64,000 nucleotides of DNA from Eutreptiella sp. 'Long Island Sound 2002' (lineage: Eukaryota; Protista; Euglenida), in contig OZ038379.1 in assembly GCA_964036045.1 (NCBI GenBank), positions 23,932,001 to 23,996,000 of the forward strand. Direction: 5' to 3'. Shown here piece after piece: positions 21,590 through 33,747 of this stretch. The translations under genes and the position numbers were made by a program. The notes below the pieces were generated by a model. That model made no database searches. It saw only the letters and a program-made list of their open reading frames with translations, and was not told where the DNA came from. How positions within the stretch are numbered: the stretch's first letter is position 1; the number at the start of each line of letters is the position of its first letter.

Positions 21590-24500
21590 AAACAGATACC
21601 CATGCTGGAGCCCTAACTCCGGTAGCTGCAGACGGGCGTCATGCGGGACCCCAAGGTGACCCGCCGGGAGCTCAGGCGCGCCGTGCCCCGGGAGCACTTC
21701 GCCTACCGGTGGCAGCTGTCGGGCCAGACTCTGGCCCTAGCCTACCGCCGGGTGTTGGCTGGTTCGGCGATCCGGCACGGCGCGATCTGGTCAGACGACT
21801 CGGATGAGGCAAATCCCTTTTGCAACCTGAACCGCGAGGCCGCCGGGGCGTGGGACCATGAAGCCTCCCAGGAGTCTCTGTCGCACTGGCTTTAGACCTT
21901 CAATGATGGGCTAGACGTGTACCGTAGCCAAAGGTGGCAAAGGACGAGGTGGTACACCTTCAACTTGCCCACCTGCGCCGAGCCGCCCGCCGCCACGCAT
22001 GTCACGGCGCAAATGCCCATGAGGCAGACTAGGCCCCAACCCGTTAGGGAGAAGTGGCTCTTGTTGTCGCTGAAGGGGACCTAAGGGAGGAAGCCATGAG
22101 GGGCAGCACGCTGCCGCGGGACGTAGGCGGCAGCATCCCGGCCGCAAGGCCTCCGGGTGTAGCCGCTCTCGGACGGCATACCGGAGGTACTCCGTCCGCT
22201 TCTCCGAGACCTTCGAGGAGTACCCCACCCCCTGGCTCTGTTGCTGTGGGGCCCCCCATGGCGTAGCTTGTACAAGCCGGCCAAGCTCTGCAGGGAGGCA
22301 ACCTAGATCTCCAGCCTATCGTAGAAGCGCTGAAGCTAGGGCAACAACGACTCCTCGAGGGATTTGTGGTCCCACGCCCTAGCCACCTCGCGGTCTGGGT
22401 TGCAGAAGGAGTTCACCTCGTCCTAGTCATCCAACTAGACCGCCCCATGTTGGATCGCCCAGCCCGCCAGCAGCCAGCAGCAAGTCGAGGCCAACGTTTG
22501 GCTAGGTGGATGCCGGCGGTACGCGGAGTGCTTGGGGGGCACCGTACGTCGGTGCCGTGGTGGGTAACACGGCGCTCTTGCACAACCCCCATCTCTAGCC
22601 GCCGGAGGTAGGGCTCCAGCATGATCGGCAGGCTGTTACGCACCAGCCAAGCCGGGAGCTTCTTAGTGAGGTAGAGGTGCAGGGTCGCCGAGAGCAGGCG
22701 GCTGAGCGTCCTGGACGCCAAGATGCCGCAGGATGTCCACACGAGGGGCCAACACGAGGGGTTGGGGCAGCTCGTTGAGGGACGTGGCTGGAGACCCCTT
22801 GTGGACGGCCAGCTCCATCTTGTGGTAAGTCAGCGGAGCCCCCGTCACCGGTAGCTCCGGCGGCCGGAGTAGCGCCGCCTGCATTCACGAGACAAAGTCC
22901 GGGTTGTCTACCGGGTCGTCTGGGCGGACCGGGGCCATGAGGCGGGTGAGGTCCAAGGGTAGATCCACGTGGCCACAGTGCTGCTCCTGCGCTTGGCAGA
23001 GGAGCTCCGCCTGGAAGGCCTCGGGCGTCTCCGGGAAGCGGACGCCATTGGGGTTGACCTCGGTGAGGAGGCCCAGCATTCTCCCTGTTTGGGACGTCAA
23101 GGCCATCCTTTCAAGTTTGGCCTTCTCCACACAGAGCAAGGCCCCGTACGTGGCGTCTTGGCGCTCCTGCCACCACACGTGGACCGCATTAGCGGTTGCA
23201 GAGCCAACATCCCCATCCAGCTCACGGGCCGCTCTCAAAACGGCCTGGTCCGGGGGGCGCCACAAGTCCTGCTCGGAGGGCACCAGGTCTTCCAAAGCGG
23301 TCCACACTGCGTGAATGGCACCGTTGGGGCTCAGGCAGGCGTGGGCCGACCACCATAGCGCGAGTAAGGCGGCCGCTGCCGCGCGTGCCCGCTGCCTTGG
23401 CCGGAGCTGTGACCGCCGGAAGCGGCGGCATGATGGGTCCGCCGACGCAACGGTGCGCTCCGCGAACCCCACGCCGCACTCCACCATTTGGTGGGTGCTG
23501 AGGCCTAGGCGCACGATATTCTCCGCCCGGCTGAATGAGGACCCAATCCAACTTGCGTTTGGAGGGGCGCCCCACATGCCAGACAACGTTAGTTGGGTCG
23601 CCTGGGCGGGACGGGGCTCGCAACTCTGACAGTCGGCCCTTGGGACCTAGGGCCTTGGAGGGCCACCCGCCGCGAGGGCCCAGAGGCTTGTTCAGGTCGC
23701 CAGCCGCCACTTTGACGCTGGCGCCCGCCGTGCGCAAGAAGGCAGACACGTCCCCTACGACCACCCGGCGCCTGGCCGCTGGCAGGGCTAGCAGCAGATG
23801 CAGGTTGATGGCTGCCAACACCGCCCCGCGGGCTGGCTCCGCCTAGACCATGAGGCTGTGCTCCTGCGCATGCATGCGCGCCCGAGCACCGTTCAGCAAG
23901 TGGGCGTGCACCAGGGTGACGACCCCCCCCCTCCCCCCAAAAAGAGGGGCCCACGCACATGCGGTGCGGCTGGCCTACGAGCCACGTTGCGACAAATTGC
24001 GGGCCGGCCTCGTGCAGGTCGGCGACACTGGGCACTATGCTGACGAGGTACACGATGAGGCGGGCGATCTTCCGGCCGTCCGACCCCAAGCCTCTGCAAT
24101 TGGAGCTGACCATGCGGAGGCAACCGACGTCCAGGGGGCTGCACCGCAAGTGCTCCAAGGGGTTGTGCGGCTGATGCTCCAAGTACAAGGCGTGCTCTTG
24201 GGGGGGGGGGGGGGCATGGGCTCGGGGATGGCGGCGTGCACGTGATGCCCTACAGGCGCCCGACTGGGACAGCCCCTGGCTGGGCTATCCCTCCGATCTC
24301 TTCGAGGGCGTCAAGGCGGTTATAGAACCTCCCCGGTTCCGGGGTACCCGGGGGTCGTGCGGAGGTCTGACGCACCCCGGCTGTGCGGAGCTTTCTGCAG
24401 GTGGAACACTGGGGCCCAGGGCGTACACAGTCGCCGGCGCGGCTGCAGGAGCCGCACCCGGGCCCAACCGGCCATGGTCTCCGGTGTCGTAATCCCAGCC

Positions 24501-25935
24501 CAGGGGGCTGTCTTGCAGAAGTCCGCTGTCTCAGGGGCCCCACGCGCACACGACAACGTGCACGGCCACCAAGGGGAGGGATGGGACGTTGGCGCAGAGC
24601 CTCTGGGTGGAGCGGCTCACCACCTGCACCCATGCTCAAAGCATGCTGAGCATACCACAGGCCGGCATCACGGGTAGCTTGGACCGGGCGAGGTCGCCGA
24701 ATGCCTGGTACCGTGCGCGCTGCTGGCCCCCTCGCTGCCGGGAGCTAGAGTGCCTCCTGTGAGCCGTAGGCGGGGCAGCTTGCGAGGGCGCCCTCCGCCG
24801 GGCGCCCGTACCATGCACCACAGTGTAGGCATACACGGCTCTTGTGTGCCGGGCCTTCCCGGTCTTGGTCGGGGTGCGGGGGTGCGGGGGGGGCATCCCT
24901 GAAGAGGTTGGCCAAGACACTGGACAGTGCTCTCACCTGGGGAGGGGTCGGGAGGGGCAGGAGGGCCGCCAGTAGAGCTCGGAGCGGGCTCAGGCATCGG
25001 TCCCCTAAGGGGAGGTGGAGGGGCAGTCAGTACCCCCCTGCACGGCCACCCGGCACCCCGGGCGCCTGGGTTGCGGCCCCTTGGGGTGGCCACGCCGCAG
25101 GTGCCGCTGGGAGCATGGTCGGGTACGGCGCCAGTTGCTGCGCCAGGAGCCAGGGCGGGCCCTACGGCGAGCCCTGGGGCGGACAGGCTGGGGGTAGCAG
25201 GAACGCCGGTGGTTGGGGCAGCGAGGCCACCGGGGCGGGGTGTTGCTGCACCACGGGAGGCTGCTGGGGTGGTTGCTGCACCTTCACTTTCTTCTTGGGG
25301 GGCTGGCCTGACTCCGGGGGGAAGGTAAAGAGGGTGCCGTCCGTGTGGTGGGAGCGTAGTGTCACGGACAGTGACCCGGCCGCTGTCATCACGGGCATCA
25401 GCGCGCGGGTCTGGTCGCCGGTGAACGAGTGCCACACTGCCTCAAAGCAGGCGATAGTCGTAACCCCGCTGGAGGACGTTCAACGGGAGGTTCTTGTGGA
25501 TCCCTAGATGGGCCTTCAGAGCGTCCCGCACCGTAGCTGGCGTCATGGTCTTGGGGTTGAGGCCTGAAACCTGAATGACGAGTTGGCGGGATGCGGGCGA
25601 CCCGACCCGGGCCACCAGGGCGGGGGGCGGGGCCTAGTGCGCTGCCGGCCGGGGGGCAGGGGCCGCTGGGGGTGGGCTCGACCAAGGTGCTAGTGCGGGG
25701 CCGGGGGCTGGGGGGCCACCTGGGACCACCGGGCCAGGGCCAGGGCCGTGGCGGAGACCGATGGGGTCGGTGTCCCTAGAGGGGTTGCTGACCTGTTCCT
25801 GAGGCCTATGCGGACGGTACTAGGGGGCTGCAGAATCCTGGGGCTGGTGCTTAGCGCTGGGAGTGGTGCCCAGGTCCTGTTGAGTGGGCTTTGCACCCGG
25901 CACCCAGTCCATGGGTAGGGCTCGGGGGAACTCAG
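21590..25935 (-). mobile_element. 5' part of a family-A L1/Tx1-like LINE: 5' end, ORF1-like region, APE endonuclease and RT start, all decayed
   Basis: RMVSSNCRGLG...VADLHE and RRVVVGDVSA resemble APE motifs (SWNVRG, LQET, GDFN). RT start at 22300-23200. 5' end homologous to 40300-40500. Confidence 0.75.
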
Positions 25936-25995
25936 GGTGTGGTGTGGTGTGATGTGGTCTGTTGCAGTGCGGTGCGGTGCGGTGTGGTGTGGTGT
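25936..25995. repeat. (GTGTG)n pentamer microsatellite separating two head-to-tail LINE copies
   Basis: ggtgtggtgtggtgtgatgtgg...gtgcggtgcggtgtggtgtggtgt lies between a 5' end (left) and a 3' end (right). Confidence 0.85.
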
Positions 25996-26537
25996 GCCGA
26001 AGGCGCTGTTACCAAAAGGCAAAAGGCCGGGATGTCTACCCACGGGTAACTGGGCTGTGTGTGTTGTGTGCGCGCCGTGCGTAAGTGTGTAGGCCTCGGC
26101 AGGGGGAGGGGGAGTCGGGGAGACCTGGTGAGTTCGCCTCTGGCAACCGCGCTTATTCCAGGAGCTCCCGCTGCACCCCTTCCCTTTCTGCTTGCTGGTG
26201 CAGGCGCAGCTCCTGCAACGCCCACGCCATCGTGCTGCCCGGGCCCAGGCGGGCCTTCAGCAGTGTGGCACGCGCCTTGGCGTGGGCGTACCAGATCCGT
26301 ATGGACTCCTCCACGACGTGGCGGAGGAACTCCGTGCCCAGCGAGTGGGGCCCCGTACACTCCAGGTGGGCCAGCTGCATGGAGGGGGTCCGCAGGGCTG
26401 CCGCCCACTGCTCCAGCACAGTCGGTTCCCACAGCTGGTGACGCACTGGGGCCGCCCGTGGCCCCACCTTCTGGTCGAGCCACGCTGCGAGGCGCCGGCG
26501 GGCTGGCCCCCACTCGTGCGATTGAGCCGAGCAGCCC
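25996..26537 (-). mobile_element. 3' end of a second family-A LINE copy, cut off by the satellite
   Basis: Homologous to 10376-10930; EFLRHVVEESIRIWYAHAKARATLLKARLG. Similarity to the first copy stops at ~26533 where the array begins. Confidence 0.75.
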
Positions 26538-29500
26538 CTCCTGCAATACACTACCTCACTGCCCGGGGGCAACGGGCAGCGGACCTCCTGCAATGCACTG
26601 CCCCACTGCCCTGGGGGCAGTGGGCAGTGGACCTCCTGCAATGCACAGCCTCGCCGCTTGGGGGCAGTGGGCAGTGGAACTCCTGCAATGCACTGCCCCA
26701 CTGCCTGGAGGCAGTGGGCAGTGGACCTCCTGCAATCCACTGCCTCACTGCCTGGGGCAGTGGGCAGTGCAATTCCTGCAATGCACTGCCTCACTGCCCG
26801 GGGGCAGTGGGCAGTGCAACTCCTGCAATACACTGCCCCACTGCCTGGGGGCAGTGGGCAGTGGACCTCCTGCAACACACTGCCTCACTGCCTGGGGGCA
26901 GTGGGCAGTGGACCTCCTTCAATGCACTGCCCCACTGCCTGGGGGCAGTGGGCAGTGGACCTCCTGCAATACACTGCCTCACTGCCTGGGGGCAGTGGGC
27001 AGCGCAACTCCTGCAGGCACTGCCGCACCGCCTGGGGGCAGTGGGCAGTGGACCTCCTGCAATACACTGCCTCACTGCCTGGGGGCAGTGGGCAGTGGAA
27101 CTCGTGCAATACACTGCCCCACTGCCTGGGGGCAGTGGGCAGTGCAACTCCTGCAATCCACTGCCTCACTGCCTGGGGGCAGTGGGCAGTGCAACTCCTG
27201 CAATGCACTGCCCCACCGCCTTGGGGCAGTGGGCAGTGCAACTCCCGCAATACATTGCCTCATTGCTTGGGGGCAGCGGGCAGTGCACATCCCCCAATGC
27301 ACTGCCCCCATTCCTGGGGGCAAGGGGCAGTGGACTTCCTGCAATACACTGCCTCACTGCCTGGGGGCAGTGGGTAGTGGACCTCCTGCAATACACCGCC
27401 TCACTGCCTGGGGGAAGCAGGCAGTGCAACTCCTGCAATGCACTGCCTCACTGCCTGGGGGCAGTGGGCAGTGGAACCCCTGCAATGCACTGCCCCACTG
27501 CCTGGGGGCAGTGGGCAGTGCAACTCCTGCAACGCACTGCCTCACTGCCTGGGGGCAGTGGGCAGTGCAATTTCTGCAATGCACTGCCTCACTGCCCTGG
27601 GGCAGTAGGCAGTGGAACTCCTGCAATGCACTGCCTCACTGCCTGGGAGCAGTCGGCAGTGCAACTCCTGCAATGCACTGCCTCACTGCCCTGAGGGCAG
27701 TGGGCAGTGCAACTCATGCAATGCACTACCTCACTGCCTGGGGGCAGTGGGCAGTGCAACTCCTGCAATGCACTGCCTCACTGCCTGGGAGCAGTGGGCA
27801 GTGCAACTCCTACAATGCACTGCCTCACTGCCTGGGGGCAGTGGACAGTGCAGCTTCTGCAATGCACTGCCTCACTGCCTGGGGGCAGTAGGCAGTGGAA
27901 CTCCTGCAATGCACTGCCTCACTGCCTAGGAGCAGTGGGCAGTGGAACTCCTACACTGCACTACCCCACTGCCTGGGGGCAGTGGACAGTGCAGCTTCTG
28001 CAATGCACTGCCTCACTGCCTGGGGGCAGTGGACAGTGCAACTTCTGCAATGCACTACCCCACTGCCTGGGGGCAGTGGGCAGTGGACCTCCGGCAATAC
28101 ACTGCCGCACTGCCTGGGGGCAGTGGGCAGTGCAACTCTTGCAATGCACTGCCTCACTGCCTGGGGGCAGTGGGCAGTGGAACTCCTGCAATGCCCCGCT
28201 TCATTGCCTGGGGGCAGTGGGCAGCACAACTCCTGCAATGCACTGCCTCACTGCCTGGGGGCAGTGGACAGCGCAACTCGTGCAATGCACTGCCCCACTG
28301 TCTGGGGGCGGTGGGCAGTGGACCTCCTGCAATCCACTGCCTCACCGCCTTGGGGCAGTGGGCAGCGCAACTCCTGCAATGCACTGCCCCACTGCCTGGG
28401 GGCAGTGGGCAGTGCAACTCCTGCAATACACTGCCGCACTGTCCGGGGGCGGTGGGCAGCGCATCTCCTGCAATGCACTGCCTCACTGCCCTGGGGCAGT
28501 GGGCAGTGCAACTTCTGCAATGCATTGCCTCACTGCCTGGGGCCAGTGGGCAGTGCAACTCCTGCAATGCACTGCCCCACTGCCTGGGGGCAATAGACAG
28601 TGCAACTTTTGCATTGCACTGCCTCACTGCCCTGGGGACAGTGGGCAGTGCAACTTTTGCAATGCACTGCCCCACTGCCTGGGGGCAGTGGGCAGTGGAA
28701 CCCCTGCAATCCACGGCCTTACTGCCTGGGGGCAGTGGGCAGTGTAACTCCTGCAATACACTGCCGCACTGTATGGGGGCAGTGGGCAGCCCAACTCCTG
28801 CAATGCACTGCCGTACTGCCTGGGAGCAGTGGGCAGTGGACCTCCGGCAATACATTGCCGGACTGCCGGGGGGCAGTGGGCAGTGCAACTCCCGCAATGC
28901 GCTGCCGCACTGCCTGGGGGCAGTGGGCAGTGGACCTCCTACGATGCACTGCCTCACTGCCTGGGGGCAGTGGACAGTGCAACTCCTGCAATGCACTGCC
29001 GCACTGCCTGGGGGAAGTGGGCAGTGGAACTCCTGCAATGCACTGCCTCACTGCCTGGGGGCAGTGGACAGTGCAACTCCTGCAATGCACTGCCGCACTG
29101 CCTGGGGGCAGTGGGCAGTGCAACTCCTGCAATGCACTGCCCCACCGCCTGGGAGCAGTGGACAGTGCAACCTCTGCAATGCACTGCCCCACCGCCGGGG
29201 GGCAGTGGGCAGTGGAACTTCTGCAATGCACTGCCCCACCGCCGGGGGGCAGTGGGCAGTGGAACCCCTGCAATGCGCTGCCTCAGTGCCCTGGGGGCCG
29301 TGGGCAGCGCAATTCCGGCAACGCACTGCCTCACTGCCTGGGGGCAGTGGGCAGTGCAACTCCTGCAATACACTGCCGCACTGTCTGAGGGCAGTGGGCA
29401 GCGGAACTCCTGCAATGCACTGCCCCACTGCCTGGGGGCAGTGGGCAGTGCAACTCCTGCAACACACTGCCGCACTTTCAGGGGGCAGTGGGCAGCGCAA

Positions 29501-32500
29501 CTCCTGCAATGCACTGCCTCACTACCCTGGGGGCAGTGGGCAGTGGAACTTCTGCAATGCACTGCCTCATTGCCCCGGGGGCAGTGGGCAGTGCAATTCC
29601 TGCAATGCACTGCCTCACTGCCTGGGGGCAGTGGGCAGCGCAACTCCTGCAATGCACTGCCTCACTGCCCTGGGGGCAGTGGGCAGTGGAACTTCTGCAA
29701 TGCACTGCCTCATTGCCCCGGGGGCAGTGGGCAGTGCAATTCCTGCAATGCACTGCCTCACTGCCTGGGGGCAGTGGGCAGTGCAACTCCTGCAATGCAC
29801 TGCCTCACTGCCTGGGGGCAGTGGGCAGTGGACCTCCGGCAATACACTGCCGCACTGCCTGGGGGCAGTGGGCAGTGCAACTCCTGCAATGCACTGCCTC
29901 ATCGCATGGGGGCAATGGGCAGTGGACCTCCGGCAATACACTGCCGCACTGCCTGGGGGCAGTGGGCAGTGCAACTGCTGCAATGCACTGCCTCACTGCC
30001 TGGGGGCAGTGGGCAGTGGAACCCCTGCAATGCACTGCCCCACCGCCGGGGGGCAGTGGACAGTGCAACTCCTGCAATACACTGCCGCACTGTCTGAGGG
30101 CAGTGGGCAGCGGAACTCCTGCAATGCACTGCCCCACTGCCTGGGGGCAGTGGGCAGTGCAACTCCTGCAACACACTGCCGCACTTTCAGGGGGCAGTGG
30201 GCAGCGCAACTCCTGCAATGCACTGCCTCACTACCCTGGGGGCAGTGGGCAGTGGAACTTCTGCAATGCACTGCCTCATTGCCCCGGGGGCAGTGGGCAG
30301 TGCAATTCCTGCAATGCACTGCCTCACTGCCTGGGGGCAGTGGGCAGCGCAACTCCTGCAATGCACTGCCTCACTGCCCTGGGGGCAGTGGGCAGTGGAA
30401 CTTCTGCAATGCACTGCCTCATTGCCCCGGGGGCAGTGGGCAGTGCAATTCCTGCAATGCACTGCCTCACTGCCTGGGGGCAGTGGGCAGTGCAACTCCT
30501 GCAATGCACTGCCTCACTGCCTGGGGGCAGTGGGCAGTGGACCTCCGGCAATACACTGCCGCACTGCCTGGGGGCAGTGGGCAGTGCAACTCCTGCAATG
30601 CACTGCCTCATCGCATGGGGGCAGTGGGCAGTGGACCTCCGGCAATACACTGCCGCACTGCCTGGGGGCAGTGGGCAGTGCAACTGCTGCAATGCACTGC
30701 CTCACTGCCTGGGGGCAGTGGGCAGTGGAACCCCTGCAATGCACTGCCCCACCGCCGGGGGGCAGTGGACAGTGCAACTCCTGCAATGCACTGCCTCACT
30801 GCCTGGGGGCAGTGGGCAGTGCAACTGCTGCAATGCACTGCCTCACTGCCTGGGGGCAGTGGACAGTGCACCACTGCAATGCACTGCTGCACTGCCTGGG
30901 GGCAGTGGGCAGTGCAACTCCTGCAATGCACTACCTCGCTGCCTGGGGGCAGTGGGCAGTGCAACTTCTGCAATGCACTGCCTCACTGCCTGGGGGCAGT
31001 GGGCAGTGGACCTCCGGCAATACACTGCCGCACTGCCTGGGGGCAGTGGGCAGTGCAACTCCTGCAATGCACTGCCTCACTGCATGGGGGCAGTGGGCAG
31101 TGGACCTCCGGCAATACACTGCCGCACTGCCTGGGGGCAGTGGGCAGTGCAACTCCTGCAATGCACTGCCTCACTGCCTGGGCGCAGTGGGCAGTGGAAC
31201 CCCTGCAATGCACTGCCCCACCGCCTGGGGGCAGTGGACAGTGCAACTCCTGCAATGCACTGCCTCACTGCCTGGGGGCAGTGGGCAGTGCAACTGCTGC
31301 AATGCACTGCCTCACTGCCTGGGGGCAGTGGACAGTGCAACTCCTGCAATACACTGCCGCACTGTCTGAGGGCAGTGGGCAGCGGAACTCCTGCAATGCA
31401 CTACCTCGCTGCCTGGGGGCAGTGGACAGTGCAACTCCTGCAGTGCACTGCCCCATTGCTTGGGGGCAGTGGGCAATGGAACTCCTGCAATGCACTGCCC
31501 CACTGCCTGGGAGCAGTGGACAGTGCAACCTCTGCATTGCACTGCCTCACTGCCCTGGGGGCAGTGGGCAGTGCAACTTCTGCAATGCACTGCCGCACTG
31601 CCGGGGGGCAGTGGGCACTGGAACCCCTGCAATGCACTGCCTCACTGCCCTTGGGGCAGTGGGCAGTGCAACTCTTGCAATGCACTGCCGCACTGTCTGG
31701 GGGCAGTGGGCAGCGCAACTCCTGCAATGCACTGCCCCACTGCCTGGGGGCAGTGGGCAGTGGACCTCCGGCAATACACTGCCGCACTACCTGGGGGCAG
31801 TGGGCAGTGCAACTCCTGCAATGCACTGCCTCACTGCCTAGGGGCAGTGGGCAGTGGACCTTCTGCAATGCATTGCCTCTCTGCCTAGGGCCAGTGGACA
31901 GTGCAACTTCTGCAACGCACTGCCCCACTGTCTAGGGGCAGTGGGCAGTGCAACTCCTGCAATACACTGCCGCACTGTCTTGGGCAGTGGGCAGCGGAAC
32001 TCCTCTAATGCACTGCCCCACTGCCTGGGGGCAGTGGGCAGTGGACCTCCGGCAATACACTGCCACACTGCCTGGGGGCAGTGGGCAGTGCAACTCTTGC
32101 AATGCACTGCCACACTGCCTGGGGGCAGTGGGCAGTGGACCTCCTGCAATGCACTGCCTCAGTGCTTGGGGGCAGTGGACAGTGCAACTCCTGCAACGCA
32201 CTGCCCCACTGTCTAGGGGCAGTGGGCAGTGCAACTCCTGCAATACACTGCCGCACTGTCTTGGGCAGTGGGCAGCGGAACTCCTCTAATGCACTGCCCC
32301 ACTGCCTGGGGGCAGTGGGCAGTGGACCTCCGGCAATACACTGCCACACTGCCTGGGGGCAGTGGGCAGTGCAACTCTTGCAATGCACTGCCACACTGCC
32401 TGGGGGCAGTGGGCAGTGGACCTCCTGCAATGCACTGCCTCAGTGCTTGGGGGCAGTGGACAATGCAACTTCTGCAACGCACTGCCCCACTGCCTAGGGG

Positions 32501-33747
32501 CAGTGGGCAATGCAACTCCTGCAATGCACTGCCTCACTGCCTGGGGGCAGTGGACAGTGCAACTCCTGCAATGCACTGCCCCACTGCCTGGGGGCAGTGG
32601 GCAGTGCAACTCCTGCAATGCACTGCCCCACTTCCTGGGGCAGTGGACAGTGCAACTTTTGCAATGCGCTGCCTCACTGCCCTGGGGGCATTGGGCAGTG
32701 GAACTTCTGCAATGCACTGCCTCACTGCCTGGGGGCAGTGGGCAGTGGAACCCCTGCAATGCACTGCCTCTCTGCCTTGGGGGCAGTGGGCAGTGCAATT
32801 CCTGCAATGCACCGCCTCACTGCCTGGGGGCAGTGGGCGGTGCAGCTCCTGCAATACACTGCCGCACTGTCTGGGGGCAGTGGGCGGCGCAATTCCTGCA
32901 GTGCATTGCCGCGCTGCCGGGGGCAGTGGGCAGTGGACCTCCGGCAATACATTGCCGCACTGCCTGGGGGCAGTGGGCAATGCAACTGCTGCAATGCACT
33001 GCCTTACTGCCTGGGGGCAGTAGGCAGTGCAACTCCTGCAATGCACTGCCTCACTGCCTGGGGGCAGTGGACAGTGCAACTCCTGCAAGGCACTGCCCCA
33101 CTGCCTGGGGGCAGTGGGCAGTGCAACTCCTGCAATACATTGCCGCACTGTCTGGGGGCAGTGGACAGTGCAACTCGTGCAATGCACTGCCTCACTGCCT
33201 GGGCGCAGTGGGCAGTGGAACCCCTGCAATGCACTGCCCCACTGCCTGGGGGCAGTGGACAGTGCAACTCCTGCAATACACTACCGCACTGCTTGGGGGC
33301 AGTGGGCAGCGCAACTCCTGCAACGCACTGCCTCACTGCCTGGGAGCAGTGGGCAGCGCAACTCCTGCAACGCACTGCCTCACTGCCTGGGAGCAGTGGG
33401 CAGTGCAACTCCTGCAATGCACTACCTCACTGCCTGGGGGCAGTGGACAGTGCAACTCTTGCAATGCACTGCCCCACCGCCTGGGGGCAGTGGGCAGTGC
33501 AACTCCTGTAATACACTGCCGCACCGCCTGGGGGCAGTGGACAGTGCAACTTCTGCAATGCACTGCCCCGCTGCCTGGGAGCAGTGGGCAGTGCAACTCC
33601 TGCAATGCACTGCCTCACTGCCTGGGGGCAGTGGGCAGCGCAACTCCTGCAACGCGCTGCCTCACTGCCTGGGATCAGTGGGCAGTGCAACTCCCGCAAT
33701 GCACTGCCTCACTGCCTGGGGGCAGTGGGCAGTGCAACTTTTGCAAT
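26538..33747. repeat. 47-bp hairpin-forming satellite, ~150 copies
   Basis: Consensus GGCAGTGGGCAGTGCAACTCCTGCAATGCACTGCCTCACTGCCTGGG; larger duplicated blocks at 709-bp and 281-bp spacing. Confidence 0.97.
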
